From a virus: a stretch of 64,000 bases of DNA. The notes beneath the pieces are model-generated. The model was given only the letters and a program-made list of their open reading frames with translations, was not told where the DNA came from and searched no databases. The position numbers and the translations under genes are program-made. Location: positions 35,991 to 99,990 of IMG/VR virus record IMGVR_UViG_3300018481_000001; one strand, given 5' to 3'. Positions 26,983 through 37,481 of the stretch are shown one piece after another (position 1 is the first letter of the stretch; each line of letters starts with the position of its first letter).

Positions 26983-27133
26983 TCCAAAGCCTCACCGCAT
27001 CAACAACACGTTTGTATCCACAACCCAAACATTCAATCGTTAAATTTTTGTCATCATCTTCAGACCAACGCCGCAATGTATTTTTATTACATACATCACA
27101 GTGCGTAGGAATAGATGTGACACGCGGATTCAT
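26957..27133 (-). CDS. Zn-ribbon protein (paralog 2; 58 aa, below the ORF-track cutoff)
   Basis: Hand translation MNPRVTSIPTHCDVCNKNTLRRWSEDDDKNLTIECLGCGYKR..., clearly similar to 26698-26982. Confidence 0.65.
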   Translation of the reverse strand: MNPRVTSIPTHCDVCNKNTLRRWSEDDDKNLTIECLGCGYKRVVDAVRLWNAIKNITD

Positions 27134-27387
27134 TTCTTGGCCTCGGGTGGAGCAATGGTAAATTTGATATTCTCAATAAATATAATTTCCTTACGCTGCA
27201 CTTGCTCTGCCAATATCTGTAGCGCCATCACTTGGACGCTACGCCGCGCACTTTCGTAAGTATACCCATGGGATCGGCATCCTTTTAATATTGGATTTTT
27301 AATCTCCGCCCACCACAGCGTGATTTCTTCTTCAACAACTTCTTTAATTTCAATGACTAAATCAATAATCATAATCTCCATCTTCAA
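27130..27387 (-). CDS. HicB-like antitoxin-fold protein
   Basis: WWAEIK...LKGCRSHGYTYESA resembles the HicB N-terminal (P.LPGC.T.G.T.EEA) pattern. Confidence 0.55.
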   Translation of the reverse strand: MKMEIMIIDLVIEIKEVVEEEITLWWAEIKNPILKGCRSHGYTYESARRSVQVMALQILAEQVQRKEIIFIENIKFTIAPPEAKK

Positions 27388-27635
27388 TTTTTTGTGCAGC
27401 GCTACGCTCTTCCATATTGCCGAAGAGAAGCCACAACAAACCTATTATAAATACTATGCCCATTACGGCAACGTGTACGAAAAGGCTTCCGTGTAAATAG
27501 CCAAGTCATTGCCGACCAAATGAAACTTGAATACGCGAGAGCCCCACAGAACTACATCCGGATATTTATTAAATGCCGGAAGAACTGCTTCGTACACTAG
27601 TTGTTGATCTTCGGTCATAAGCTTGATTTTCATCA

Positions 27636-27827
27636 CTACACCGCCTTGGGTCGCGTGGAATCAGAACGTTTAATTTCCTGCTCAACCAAAGCCAAGTAGG
27701 TAATCCGGCTTGTTTTACCACAGCCATGACAAATAATAACTACATGGCATGTGACATCATCATGCTTTGTAGTTTTCATTTGTTTGCTTTTGCAGTTGTC
27801 ACAAAAGGCATCGAACTCGAGTTTCAT
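27636..27827 (-). CDS. Zn-ribbon protein (possible paralog 3)
   Basis: CDNC-x18-CHGCG. Confidence 0.5.
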   Translation of the reverse strand: MKLEFDAFCDNCKSKQMKTTKHDDVTCHVVIICHGCGKTSRITYLALVEQEIKRSDSTRPKAV

Positions 27828-28060
27828 ATCCCCTCAGTGAAACGTATACTTGTCAACGCAGGTATTTCGTTTATCTCCAGTAGCTTCGCAAGCTTTTCAA
27901 ACGCATAAGCCTGCACTTTACGATGCGCTTCTTCTTTAGAAGCCGCACCGTGTATTTCACATCTATGCAACTTCGAAATCCCTGCGGACCACTTGCCATC
28001 ATCTTCTTGATTAAATTCAATTATTAAATTCATAAATACTCTTATGCATGTTCGGGACAA
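27824..28060 (-). CDS. HicB-like antitoxin-fold protein
   Basis: IEFNQEDDGKWSA.I..L..C..HGA.SKEEA..KVQA.A. Confidence 0.6.
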   Translation of the reverse strand: MSRTCIRVFMNLIIEFNQEDDGKWSAGISKLHRCEIHGAASKEEAHRKVQAYAFEKLAKLLEINEIPALTSIRFTEGI

Positions 28061-28946
28061 TAATAATTTTCGTATATATCAGTGCCATTGCTCGAACCAA
28101 CCTTGGTCCATTTGGCCACGTGCGCATCACCTGGCTTCATCTTGGCTTTACAACCGGGATAGTCACACTCGAGGCGCACCAACTTTCGATGGCCTGTGTC
28201 TTCTTCGACGGCATAAATACGGCCCATTAGACTTCTTCCTGCCGGCATTTATCTACGGCATAATTAAATCCGCATAACCTATTACAAAAATAATTGTTGT
28301 TTTGGAAGCCATAGCCCGTAATAGGCCCGCGTTCCAATACCAACAGCCGCTGGACCAAGGGCTCCACTTGCATGTTTGATGCAGCGCCCAGGCCCAACTC
28401 GTAGTTGGGAAACAATGCCTTGCCGCATTGCCTACAATTTTTTATATCGGGCATATTCAACACTCATATCTTCAAACCATGGCGGGCCCGTATATCCACC
28501 TTGGACCGCTTCTTGGTAGCAGCGTTGGTTGATTTGCCATTCGTAGATGCGTAAGTACGTTTTACCTCGCCGCACCGAAGCCGTAGATACGCTCCGGTAG
28601 AGGTTTCGAGTAAGCAATTAATACCTCCTTCGCATATTCTTCCAAAGCATTTTCTACGATCTCTTCCATGTCAGAAGGCACTTCTTTTTTTCGGTTCGTG
28701 AGCACATTGGCAGCAATCTCTTTGAGCTCACGCCGCAACGAGGGCATGTCGTAGCAATAAACCATGTCCCTGCCGTGATGCAGGATCAAATGGCCTTCTT
28801 TGTATTCCGCATTATTCATCAGGTAATCCATGATGGTAAATGCGATGTCACCTGGGTCTTGATTTTCATTCATAAATTAATATCTCCTTAGATGCTTATA
28901 CCACGGTGGGTTGTGTAATAATTTGTATTACACGCATTAATTAAAT

Positions 28947-28989
28947 AAAAAGGGCTCTTCTCCCCCATGGCTAAAGGAAAAGAGCCCTT
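28947..28989 (-). terminator. Rho-independent terminator after the 29058-29516 gene
   Basis: aagggctctt/aagagccctt stem followed by a U-tract on the minus strand. Confidence 0.65.
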
Positions 28990-29057
28990 GCGAAGAACAC
29001 AGACCCCGTAGCGTACGCCCCTAGGGCCATCGCCAGCAAGGCCCCTGGGCGCCTGTT

Positions 29058-29516
29058 CTAGGCCCAGTTGGTCGCTGAGGCCTTACGGATACGCAGAGAC
29101 TGGTTGTCCTCGGTCAGCGTGGCGTTGGCGAGGCCCTTGATGGTCTCTGAACCATCCGCGTCGATGGTCAGTGTGCCAGTGGCCCCTGCCTTGCGGACGA
29201 TGGTGACCGGATGGCCCGCATCTACGTCAGCCAGCTTGGGCAACGTAACCGTAAATCCAGCTTCACTGGCGACCACGAGATTTTGCTCAGGGGTCACGGT
29301 GACCGCTGCATCGACTTCCAATGCCGTAGGCACCGTCACATCGTCGAACTTCACCAAAACACCAATCAACGCCATGCGCTGGAGCATGAGAAAATCAGCA
29401 TCGGTATCCACAGGGCGTGCATCTCGAGAAACGGTTTTGCCCGGCTTGATGACCGGCATTTGCACGTGGGCCACCGAATGGCGGTTGTAGTTCGTGAGTG
29501 TGATGCGTTCCGGCAT
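29058..29516 (-). CDS. Probable virion structural/decoration protein
   Basis: C-terminal VTLP...AG..VTIVR......LTIDADGSETI.G beta-rich motif common in virion proteins; GC-rich; start at MPERITL (ORF track starts at 29564). Confidence 0.5.
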   Translation of the reverse strand: MPERITLTNYNRHSVAHVQMPVIKPGKTVSRDARPVDTDADFLMLQRMALIGVLVKFDDVTVPTALEVDAAVTVTPEQNLVVASEAGFTVTLPKLADVDAGHPVTIVRKAGATGTLTIDADGSETIKGLANATLTEDNQSLRIRKASATNWA

Positions 29517-29569
29517 TGGACGGACTCCTTCGAGGGCCTTTGCATGGATTGTAGGCGCTGACAAGAGCG

Positions 29570-30537
29570 ATCTGCCGGGTATTCGTTGAATTCAGAGCAC
29601 TATTTGGGTGTTTAAAATTATCTCATTGGCCATGAATATCGCCTTTGGATTATATCTATTTGATTTTAATACAAATACAGGGTTGTAACTGATGATTATA
29701 CTACCTGTGTGGGTATGTGTGTGAAAGTAGTCTTTTGGAGTGGGGTATTTTTGGACACGGATACCTCTATAAATCGGCCAACGGTCCTCGCACAACACCT
29801 CCGCTCGGCGCGCAACTGTTCGAATTACAAGGAGGAGTTGGTGAAGAGCTTCGCTCATTCCTTGGACTCTTGGCTCCAAACTGCCCATGCAGCAGCTGTG
29901 CCATGTATCATCCATGCTTCTTTCCCTGCACTCCTATATTTTAATATATTTATCTATTTTCTTTATATAATACATACACATAGAGAGGGGCGCGGGGATT
30001 CGGGCCTGAACAGGTGCAAACGGAATCTAGGTATGTGGGTGCATGCCCATACACGCCAGAGTCGTGGGCGCCCGCACGCACGGAGAGCAATAGACGTGCC
30101 AATGGCCAACTGGCATGTGTCTTGCCTAGCCACAGTCGATGCTGAGGTCTTGGACAAGAGTCATGCCAACAAGATCTATGCCAAACGCTGAATCACACTC
30201 TATGCCAATTACACGATTTACATCTAAAAATTTTTGGACCTTGGGTCCAAAAAAAAATCAACAGTTCTAGGAAGTGCCTGTGGGGGTTCTGGGACTTGCG
30301 ACATACCGAGAAAGCTTTCTCAACCACTGACCAAAATCTCAATCACCAACAATTTCAATATGCCTCCAACCACTGACCAACTTCATCACTATCTTTTTTT
30401 CTCTCTGACCACCACTGACTAACAACCAAATATTAAAACAACATCAATAACTTGAACAATGCTCACGCACTTTTGATCGATTTAACTTACCGTATAAATA
30501 CCTTGACACGCTCACGCAGTCTCGAAAACTACCTTAT
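29570..30537. promoter_or_regulatory. Non-coding divergence region with short direct repeats (candidate origin or regulatory hub)
   Basis: Gene orientation flips here; ACCACTGAC(C/T)AA x3 (30323, 30369, 30411), TGCCAA x4 (30097, 30164, 30179, 30203), hairpin 30231-30253. Confidence 0.45.
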
Positions 30538-32652
30538 ATGCCGAAACCACAAGCACAATCGCCTGAAATTGACGCACCTACACTGGAAAATTATGACTCT
30601 ATTGCAAAAAATCTACTGCTAGGTACCATACTTACAGCGGATATTTCCCGTGCAATTGAAAATCCATTCCACTCGAAAGCGCTGCTCCGCGCTGATGTGA
30701 ATACACTTCCTTACCGCAGTGGCGTGTGGGTGGTGCAAGAAACGGTGAAATCTGCCACAGCTCAACGTAACCTAGTCTTACATTGGCCTCTGATTCTCGA
30801 CCGCCTCTTGTCAAAAAGTAAGTCGTCTTTACGACTACTTGACCCTATAGAAGCACACATGGCCAAGCAAGCGATGCTTAGGACTGTTGATAGTGCGGGT
30901 CGACAGCAATTAATGGAGGCATTGGAGCATCAGGTGCTCAGAGGCTTACCTGCGGGCATAACCGTACCTTGCCCTACCTATCTACACAATTACCTTCATA
31001 AGCGGTATAAGGAGTCGAAGGACTCTTTCATCGCACAGTTCTTTGAACGTGTGACAATACTGAGATTTGGCCCTCTTCTCACACATAAGGGGCAACACCT
31101 GCATGAAACCCTAAAGACCTACAGTGTATTCAATACAGACACACTGCCTCTCATAGATACGCGTGTGCTCCTTCATATGCCCTTGGTGCTGCGGCTCCTC
31201 TATGTAGCTCTCGCGGAAGTACGGTACGAACCACCGGGTTCTGGCTGGGCCAAGTGGGGATTGCTCTGGGGCTTGGAGCAGCTGCATTTCAACCACCGTG
31301 TGGCGGCCCAAGCAGCGCTTGCTCAGGAGGACACGGCTTTATTTTTTGAGGGACTAACCCTCGAACAAATATGCGAATCAATTACGCGCGTACCTGCAAA
31401 TCGTCGAATATTGCGCCATCACAAGCTCCCTGCATTCTCTTCTCTCGTTGCAGGAGGTCAAGGCAAGGCGCTGCACCTTCTCAACCGTGTAGAGAGCATG
31501 CAGTGGGTCCTAGAGGCAACGGGTACGCAGGCCATGAGTCCTACAGCATGGCGTACAGACTCCAGCAATTACACAACGTTTACCCTTACCAACAAGTCCA
31601 CTGTCCTAGATTACTTTCGCACTCTCCAAAGCTTTAATCAAAAAGAAATTGATTATTTACTTCAGAATCTAGGCAAACGACCCGAACCTAGGGCGCCTAG
31701 GCCTGAATCTGTGCCTGTAGAGAGTGGCAAGTATTTTGTGTACCACTACGAGCCGCCGGTTGAGGTCACGGTCAACGCCAACTCCTTAGGGTTTGTACTG
31801 CCAGGCGTGCTGCAGCTCAACGGGGACGTTTTGTTTGTGCCCATGACCATTAAAACACTGGCTTACCGTAATAAACCATTTATTACCCTCCCCTTGGAGT
31901 TTGTAGATCATTTTCCTTCACTAAAAACACTGCTGCATGACGGTCTCAAAGAGATCGCCAAAAAATATCCCACACAAATGCATGTGAGAGATCGCGATAT
32001 TTATTTTGATCTCGAGATACTCACACCTGATGGTGATGTTGCAGCGCTCATGCTTTCGGAAATTCGTAGCTCTACAACTAAGTATAATCGAGAACAAGAA
32101 AACTACGCCACAGCATACCGTATGTGGTGTCAATGGTTTTTAGACCCTAAACAATGCCGGCCGGAACCTGTGGGGGAGTTCCGTGTGGCTTACAAAGCAT
32201 ATTTCGTAAACACTGTGGTAGAGCGATTTAATTTCTTCCGCAGTAAAGGAAAATGTGTAAAGAAAAAAGACGTTACGGACGTGCGCAATATCGGGCGGTC
32301 TACAGAACGCTCGGGCCGTATTACGGATTACGACCGTTTTGTATTTTGGCACATTGCAGACCAAGTTATTTCTGATGATTACGTACAACCCTCTGACGCA
32401 GCGTACGCCGAGTTTATCACTAAACACTGGATGCCCTGGCGCAGGCCAAGTGGCAACATTCCGCATCTCAGGCGAATCAGGGGACTGGCACCACCAATGG
32501 GAGCGCCTGTGGGCCCTAAAGAAGCCACGGTTGCGTACTTGCTGAATTACGTAAAAGAGTTTGATGTCCCCTTTACACGTGATGCACCTCGTACTGGTAA
32601 ATTACTTACCCATTATTTGTATGAAGACGATTATAAGGAACGTAAAACATGA
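30538..32652 (+). CDS. Large hypothetical protein (704 aa)
   Basis: Long ORF opening the plus-strand block; no catalytic motif recognised. Confidence 0.8.
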   Translation: MPKPQAQSPEIDAPTLENYDSIAKNLLLGTILTADISRAIENPFHSKALLRADVNTLPYRSGVWVVQETVKSATAQRNLVLHWPLILDRLLSKSKSSLRLLDPIEAHMAKQAMLRTVDSAGRQQLMEALEHQVLRGLPAGITVPCPTYLHNYLHKRYKESKDSFIAQFFERVTILRFGPLLTHKGQHLHETLKTYSVFNTDTLPLIDTRVLLHMPLVLRLLYVALAEVRYEPPGSGWAKWGLLWGLEQLHFNHRVAAQAALAQEDTALFFEGLTLEQICESITRVPANRRILRHHKLPAFSSLVAGGQGKALHLLNRVESMQWVLEATGTQAMSPTAWRTDSSNYTTFTLTNKSTVLDYFRTLQSFNQKEIDYLLQNLGKRPEPRAPRPESVPVESGKYFVYHYEPPVEVTVNANSLGFVLPGVLQLNGDVLFVPMTIKTLAYRNKPFITLPLEFVDHFPSLKTLLHDGLKEIAKKYPTQMHVRDRDIYFDLEILTPDGDVAALMLSEIRSSTTKYNREQENYATAYRMWCQWFLDPKQCRPEPVGEFRVAYKAYFVNTVVERFNFFRSKGKCVKKKDVTDVRNIGRSTERSGRITDYDRFVFWHIADQVISDDYVQPSDAAYAEFITKHWMPWRRPSGNIPHLRRIRGLAPPMGAPVGPKEATVAYLLNYVKEFDVPFTRDAPRTGKLLTHYLYEDDYKERKT

Positions 32653-32861
32653 ATAAAGAAATGGAGAAGTACCTACTAAATCCCACAGGCTGGAGCGATA
32701 CAGCCGCTCTACGCATATGTGGAGAGATTTATAGATACATTCAAACCATCAGAAAGCCGGTAAATCCACGTGTATTAGACATATTAAAAGGCTTGCGCAA
32801 AGAAGGTGACTTAGGAAAATATTGGGCTGAAAAGCTAGAAGAGGCACTGCAATGCCACTGA
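32649..32861 (+). CDS. Hypothetical protein, L..P..W(T/S)..A...(I/M)C repeat family
   Basis: One copy of the motif plus a C-terminal G.YWA; paralog of 32852-33214. Confidence 0.65.
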   Translation: MNKEMEKYLLNPTGWSDTAALRICGEIYRYIQTIRKPVNPRVLDILKGLRKEGDLGKYWAEKLEEALQCH

Positions 32862-33214
32862 CCAAACAACAACACCACAATCTCACCGAGTTTTTGTTGC
32901 ACCCCTTGGCATGGACCGACACCGCCAAAGTAGACATGTGCCGATTGGCTCGTACTTATATTAAAGACCTAGAAACTAGAGGATTGCCCATGACTGAAGT
33001 ACAAATGCATAATATTGAGCAGTTTTTGAATGACCCTGCAGATTGGACTATCGAAGCCAAACGACAAATATGTGCAGATATTAAACAGCGCATGAATGCA
33101 CTAGAAAATATGCAGCTCATGCTCAAGGATGTGTTGGCTGAAATGAAAGACGATGGTGCCTCAGGTAGTTATTGGGCCTATCGCATCGAACAAGCCTTGG
33201 CCAATGGGCAATAA
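32852..33214 (+). CDS. Hypothetical protein with two copies of the same motif
   Basis: FLLHPLAWTDTAKVDMC and FLNDPADWTIEAKRQIC, plus GSYWA. Confidence 0.7.
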   Translation: MPLTKQQHHNLTEFLLHPLAWTDTAKVDMCRLARTYIKDLETRGLPMTEVQMHNIEQFLNDPADWTIEAKRQICADIKQRMNALENMQLMLKDVLAEMKDDGASGSYWAYRIEQALANGQ

Positions 33215-33493
33215 AGAAGCTACGCGCCGCAAGAGACAATTAGAGCGCTTGGTAGCGGCAGTAAATCCTCGTGTGGGTTATCCACTGGCCGATATGATTA
33301 CGTTACCAAATATATTAAAACTTAAATTACGCGATGGCGATTATGCAAAAGCCTACGCTGCGTTTGTTAAAGATAGAGGCCCTGAGTTGGCTTACGTAGC
33401 GATGCGCGTCTACATAGAGCCATTTTTATTTATGGTGTGCTGGGTACACTGGTGCCAGCACGTGAAAGAGACTCGTGGTAAAAGAGGATAATC

Positions 33494-33871
33494 ATGAGTA
33501 ATGGAACTGTACGAGAAAGCAAAGCAATAGACCGTATACGTGACACGATTCCCCGAGAGTTTGTACATTTATATCGAGTAGATATACGAATGAACAACGG
33601 TGAAATCGCTTGTCCTGATATCGCGATTTGGCGCGAAGAACCATGCGAAGAACATGACACGGTTACGACAATGCCTGTGGCGGTCATTGATGTGGATAGC
33701 CGTGAAAATTACGCGGATCCTGAATTCTATTTTTCAGGAGGTATTGTCGATTACGTTGTTTTTAATCCACTGACTAATGAAATACGTATTTATGAAAGTG
33801 CTACTGATTACACAAGTTATGTGTCGCCAATGGAATTAGACTTAAATTGCGGCTGTGTAATTATTGTATAA
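33494..33871 (+). CDS. Degenerate Uma2-like protein
   Basis: CPDIAIWREEP...P.AVIDVDS...Y...GI.DYVVFNP. Confidence 0.5.
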   Translation: MSNGTVRESKAIDRIRDTIPREFVHLYRVDIRMNNGEIACPDIAIWREEPCEEHDTVTTMPVAVIDVDSRENYADPEFYFSGGIVDYVVFNPLTNEIRIYESATDYTSYVSPMELDLNCGCVIIV

Positions 33872-35183
33872 TGATTACTCTAGATACGTACGCGAACTAA
33901 GCTTCTCACCGCACCAAGGGCAAAACGTAATATGCCACTTGGTATTCTTTTTAAATGTCCACGACCACCGTCCCATAAACCGAACACAAATGAGCGATGC
34001 TTCGGCAGCAGCGCTACAGCGATGATTTGGTTTTGGTTCTGATGTATCCACCATGGCAGGCACCTATGCGTAAATTAAAAATCGAAATCACGCTTGAAGA
34101 CGATGTGTTTGAGCGTGAATTAGAGCACGAAGTGTCTGTACTACTAAATCACGTGGCAGAGCGTATCGGTTCAGGGTTAAACGAGGGCAAGATACGTAGC
34201 ACGGAAGGCAACACGTGTGGCAAGTGGGCTATTATCGGTAAGTAGGCGCGCGCATTTATTTTGTACCCAAGAACCTAAGCTGCGGCGCCCATGGTGGAAA
34301 AATGGGCCTAACTTTCAAAAAACCACGCCGTCGTACTGAAGTGCACTACACCGACTTGCCGCCTGAGCCATATTGCGAGAGCAAGCGGGTGTCGTTCTTG
34401 TGGTCGCGCAAATTGGAGAATGTGACCTGCCCTGATTGCCTAAGAATGTTGGGGTTAGACAACAATGCCGATTTACAAAATAAAGAGAATATTGGCCGTA
34501 GAGCAAGTGGTTGAGATAGATGCGGCAGATATTGATGCTGCATTGACAATAGCACGTAGCGCTTTAGGTAATCCGCTGCCGTGGGAAACCAGGCACGAAG
34601 AAACCTTGGATATTAGAGAAGATGGAAAAGAAAACAAAACTTAATACGCCCTGGCCCAAGTGGGCGGCCATGGCTGTAGGCATGGATGTTAATGGACTAT
34701 ATGATCGTGCGCTCGATGCGTGGGAGTCGGGGGAAGACGCAGATACGTGGCGGCAGCAACATATTGTGAAACCTGCGCTTACGCTGGCAGGTTTAGAAGA
34801 TGCATTACGTGAATTGGTGCCTGATTTTTCTTGTGAATACGATAATTTTGGACAAATAGTTATTTACACGGGGCGCATGCTGAGCGAAACCGGCACATTG
34901 GTGCCGTTGGTATTTGACGAGCGCGATGAACCCGAAGGGGATAACCATGATGCTAAACCAGACGAATAAAGAGGGGCTGACCTGGCTGGAATGGGCACGT
35001 GCTGCAACGGTGTACGACGACAATGTGATGTCGCGCTTTGGCGACCCAAATACGATTTACATAGAGTTTGATAAGGCGATGACCGCGTGGCGCAACGGGG
35101 AAGACCCGACCGAGTGGCGCAAACACATGGAAGAACGCCTGAGCCAGGTAGTCGTACATTTGGAGTAATGGTATGTTGGCCGC

Positions 35184-35570
35184 ATGAACCACGGCCAAAT
35201 TTTAGTTTTACTAGAGAGCCCCTACGGCAGCAAAGACGACGCAGTGGTGGAAGCAAACGTAGAGTTTGCTCGCGCCTGCGCTCGTGATTGTTTTATGCGT
35301 GGGGAGTATCCTTTTCCGTCGCATATTTTATATACGCAAAAAGGGATATTGGACGACCGTATACCCGAAGAGCGCGCCATGGGGATTGCTGCGGGGTTGG
35401 CCTGGGGGTCTTATGCCGCCAAGACAGTGGTGTACTTGGACCGTGGTATGAGTTCTGGAATGAAGCTTGGAATTACGCGGGCCAAGGAGGAAAATCGACC
35501 AATTGAATATAGATATTTAAACGAAGACAATGACACAGGACAAGACCCTGAGAGTGTGTGGGGCGTTTAG
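35184..35570 (+). CDS. DUF4406-like / nucleoside deoxyribosyltransferase-like phage protein
   Basis: ESPY, N..FARAC, GE.PFPSH.LY, LDD..PEER..GI..G.AW, SSGM..GI. Confidence 0.6.
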   Translation: MNHGQILVLLESPYGSKDDAVVEANVEFARACARDCFMRGEYPFPSHILYTQKGILDDRIPEERAMGIAAGLAWGSYAAKTVVYLDRGMSSGMKLGITRAKEENRPIEYRYLNEDNDTGQDPESVWGV

Positions 35571-35726
35571 CGCATACGCGCGCCCGCCTAAGAGCGAAGC
35601 ATATATCGAAAAATTCAACTAGGCATCTAGCGCAAGCGCTAGGTGCCTTATTTATTTATTTTTTAGTTGTAGATACATTGGACCTGACGCGCCCGCCTAA
35701 GATCCCAACACACGGGAGCGCGAAAG

Positions 35727-36476
35727 ATGCCTGCAGCAATCATTTTACGACAGGGTCTGACTGTAGGAGACGCAGGCAAAGCGCTCCTCGTTCAGCTCAA
35801 CACATTGGTTCAATGCACGTGCGACGGGTCAGCGTCTTCTTATCTGTGGACGCTCTTGGACGTACCTGTGCGCTCGTTGCTCACGCGCGGGACCACAGGC
35901 ATTGACCCAACGTTTTCATTTACGCCTGATGTAGTAGGCACGTATTTGGTTTCGTTGAAAACTAATAATTCAGCATTGGCGGCAGACAATACCACCAATA
36001 TTGCTTTTATATTGACCAGCGGCACAAATCGCATGGGCTGGCGATATAAAGCCGCTGGCGAATCCCAAGAAGACTCACGCACCGCCACCGATTTGAGTGG
36101 CGGCAGTCTCAATTTCCCCAACAACGTAAATACACGCGGCTGGGCAACGCAAGACGATATTGAGCGTGAGCAAATTGAAAAATCGGTGTACGAAGTAAAT
36201 ACTGCACTGAGCAATGGAAAACTAATTAGGGTTAAGTCGAGCACTGGCCTAATTGACTCAGCCTATTTGCCTCCCCAAGCTGCGCAGCCATTTAATTTTG
36301 TGCAAAATGCGCCAGCTACCACATGGGTGGTGGCGCACGGTCTGGGTAGATATCCGTCGATTGTTATTGTGGACAGCGATGGAGCCGAAGTTATTGGTGA
36401 CGTTGTACACAATACCAATAACCAAGCAACTTTAACTTTTAGCGAAGCCATTACGGGTATCGCGGTGTGTAACTAA
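35727..36476 (+). CDS. Virion structural protein (Ig/PKD-like N-terminus)
   Basis: SYLWTL..VP..S, FTPDVVGTY.VSL; C-terminal TWVVAHGLGRYP.I.IVD motif seen in virion proteins. Confidence 0.6.
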   Translation: MPAAIILRQGLTVGDAGKALLVQLNTLVQCTCDGSASSYLWTLLDVPVRSLLTRGTTGIDPTFSFTPDVVGTYLVSLKTNNSALAADNTTNIAFILTSGTNRMGWRYKAAGESQEDSRTATDLSGGSLNFPNNVNTRGWATQDDIEREQIEKSVYEVNTALSNGKLIRVKSSTGLIDSAYLPPQAAQPFNFVQNAPATTWVVAHGLGRYPSIVIVDSDGAEVIGDVVHNTNNQATLTFSEAITGIAVCN

Positions 36477-36488
36477 GGAGATTTAGAC

Positions 36489-37475
36489 ATGACGCGCAGA
36501 ATCCTCACCACACTCGATATGGCGAATAATGAGATTCACAATTTGAGGATTGAGAATCGTTCTGGGGCACCCGGTAGCCCCGTACCCGGTAACGTTTGGT
36601 TTAATACGGCCACAGGCACGGTAGAGTTTCGCGGTAACTCGGGTACGTTGAATTTTAGTGCACGTTCGAGCCATACGGGTACGCAGACAGCGAGCACCAT
36701 TAGTGACTTGGCGTCTGTCGTAAAATCCTACGCGCTGAGCGATTTCGCAGCGCCTACCACAGACCTGGATTTGGGCGTAGCAACGCGCAAGATTGCGAAT
36801 CTTAAGTCCGGTACAAATGCCAACGATGCCGTTAATTATGGACAGCTGCAGGCTGCGCAATTTGGTACCGACTGGAAAGACGCAGTGCGTGCAGCGAGCA
36901 CGGCCAACGTAACGCTCAGTGGTTTGCAGACCATTGACGGTGTTTCTTTGATAGCCGGTGACCGTGTTTTGTTGAAGGACCAAACGGTTCCCAATAGCAA
37001 CGGTATTTATATTGTTGCAGCAGGAGCCTGGACGCGCGCAGCGGATGCTGCCCAAGGCACACTGAGCGCCAATGCGTCTATGTTTATTGAAGAAGGTACG
37101 GCAAATGGAGATTCTCAGTTTAGGCTCACGACCAACAATCCAATTACCGTAGGCTCAACGAGTCTAAGTTTTTCGCAAATTGGCGGCGCCACCACGTACA
37201 ACGCAGGCGCAGGGTTGACACTAACCGGGTCCAACTTTGCGTTGGATACTGCGATTGCGGTGCGTAAGTATTCTTCGAATGTGGGCGATGGGACGTCGAC
37301 CAACGTGGCTATTTCGCATGGTCTGGGTACCAACGATATTACGGTTGCTGTGTACCAGATTTCTGATGGCGCCGATGTCGATTGCGACATTGTCCGCACG
37401 AGCACGAATATTGTGACGCTCGGATTTATTGCAGCACCCGCGAATGCAGCGTTGCGCATTGTGGTGCACGGATAA
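36489..37475 (+). CDS. Virion/tail structural protein
   Basis: DAVNYGQL, DWKDAVRAASTANVTLSG.QTIDGV.L..GDRVLLKDQT...NGIY; AAGGAG RBS. Confidence 0.75.
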   Translation: MTRRILTTLDMANNEIHNLRIENRSGAPGSPVPGNVWFNTATGTVEFRGNSGTLNFSARSSHTGTQTASTISDLASVVKSYALSDFAAPTTDLDLGVATRKIANLKSGTNANDAVNYGQLQAAQFGTDWKDAVRAASTANVTLSGLQTIDGVSLIAGDRVLLKDQTVPNSNGIYIVAAGAWTRAADAAQGTLSANASMFIEEGTANGDSQFRLTTNNPITVGSTSLSFSQIGGATTYNAGAGLTLTGSNFALDTAIAVRKYSSNVGDGTSTNVAISHGLGTNDITVAVYQISDGADVDCDIVRTSTNIVTLGFIAAPANAALRIVVHG

Positions 37476-37481
37476 TTCAAC

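Larger units (their letters stand above)
70..28873 (-). other. Dense block of small co-oriented phage accessory ORFs, mostly hypothetical (50-200 aa)
   Basis: Minus-strand ORFs tile the region, with frequent overlapping stop/start codons and GGAG/AGG-like RBSs; typical of large-phage early/accessory regions. Confidence 0.85.

Noticed and set aside
70-28873. Stop-codon reassignment explaining the many short ORFs
   Set aside because: Recognisable genes (Uma2, DHH, HD, higBA) are full length in the standard code, and short ORFs show coupled stop/start overlaps
30538-32652. 704-aa protein as the missing reverse transcriptase
   Set aside because: No RT motif set seen; the C-terminal YEDD lacks palm-domain context
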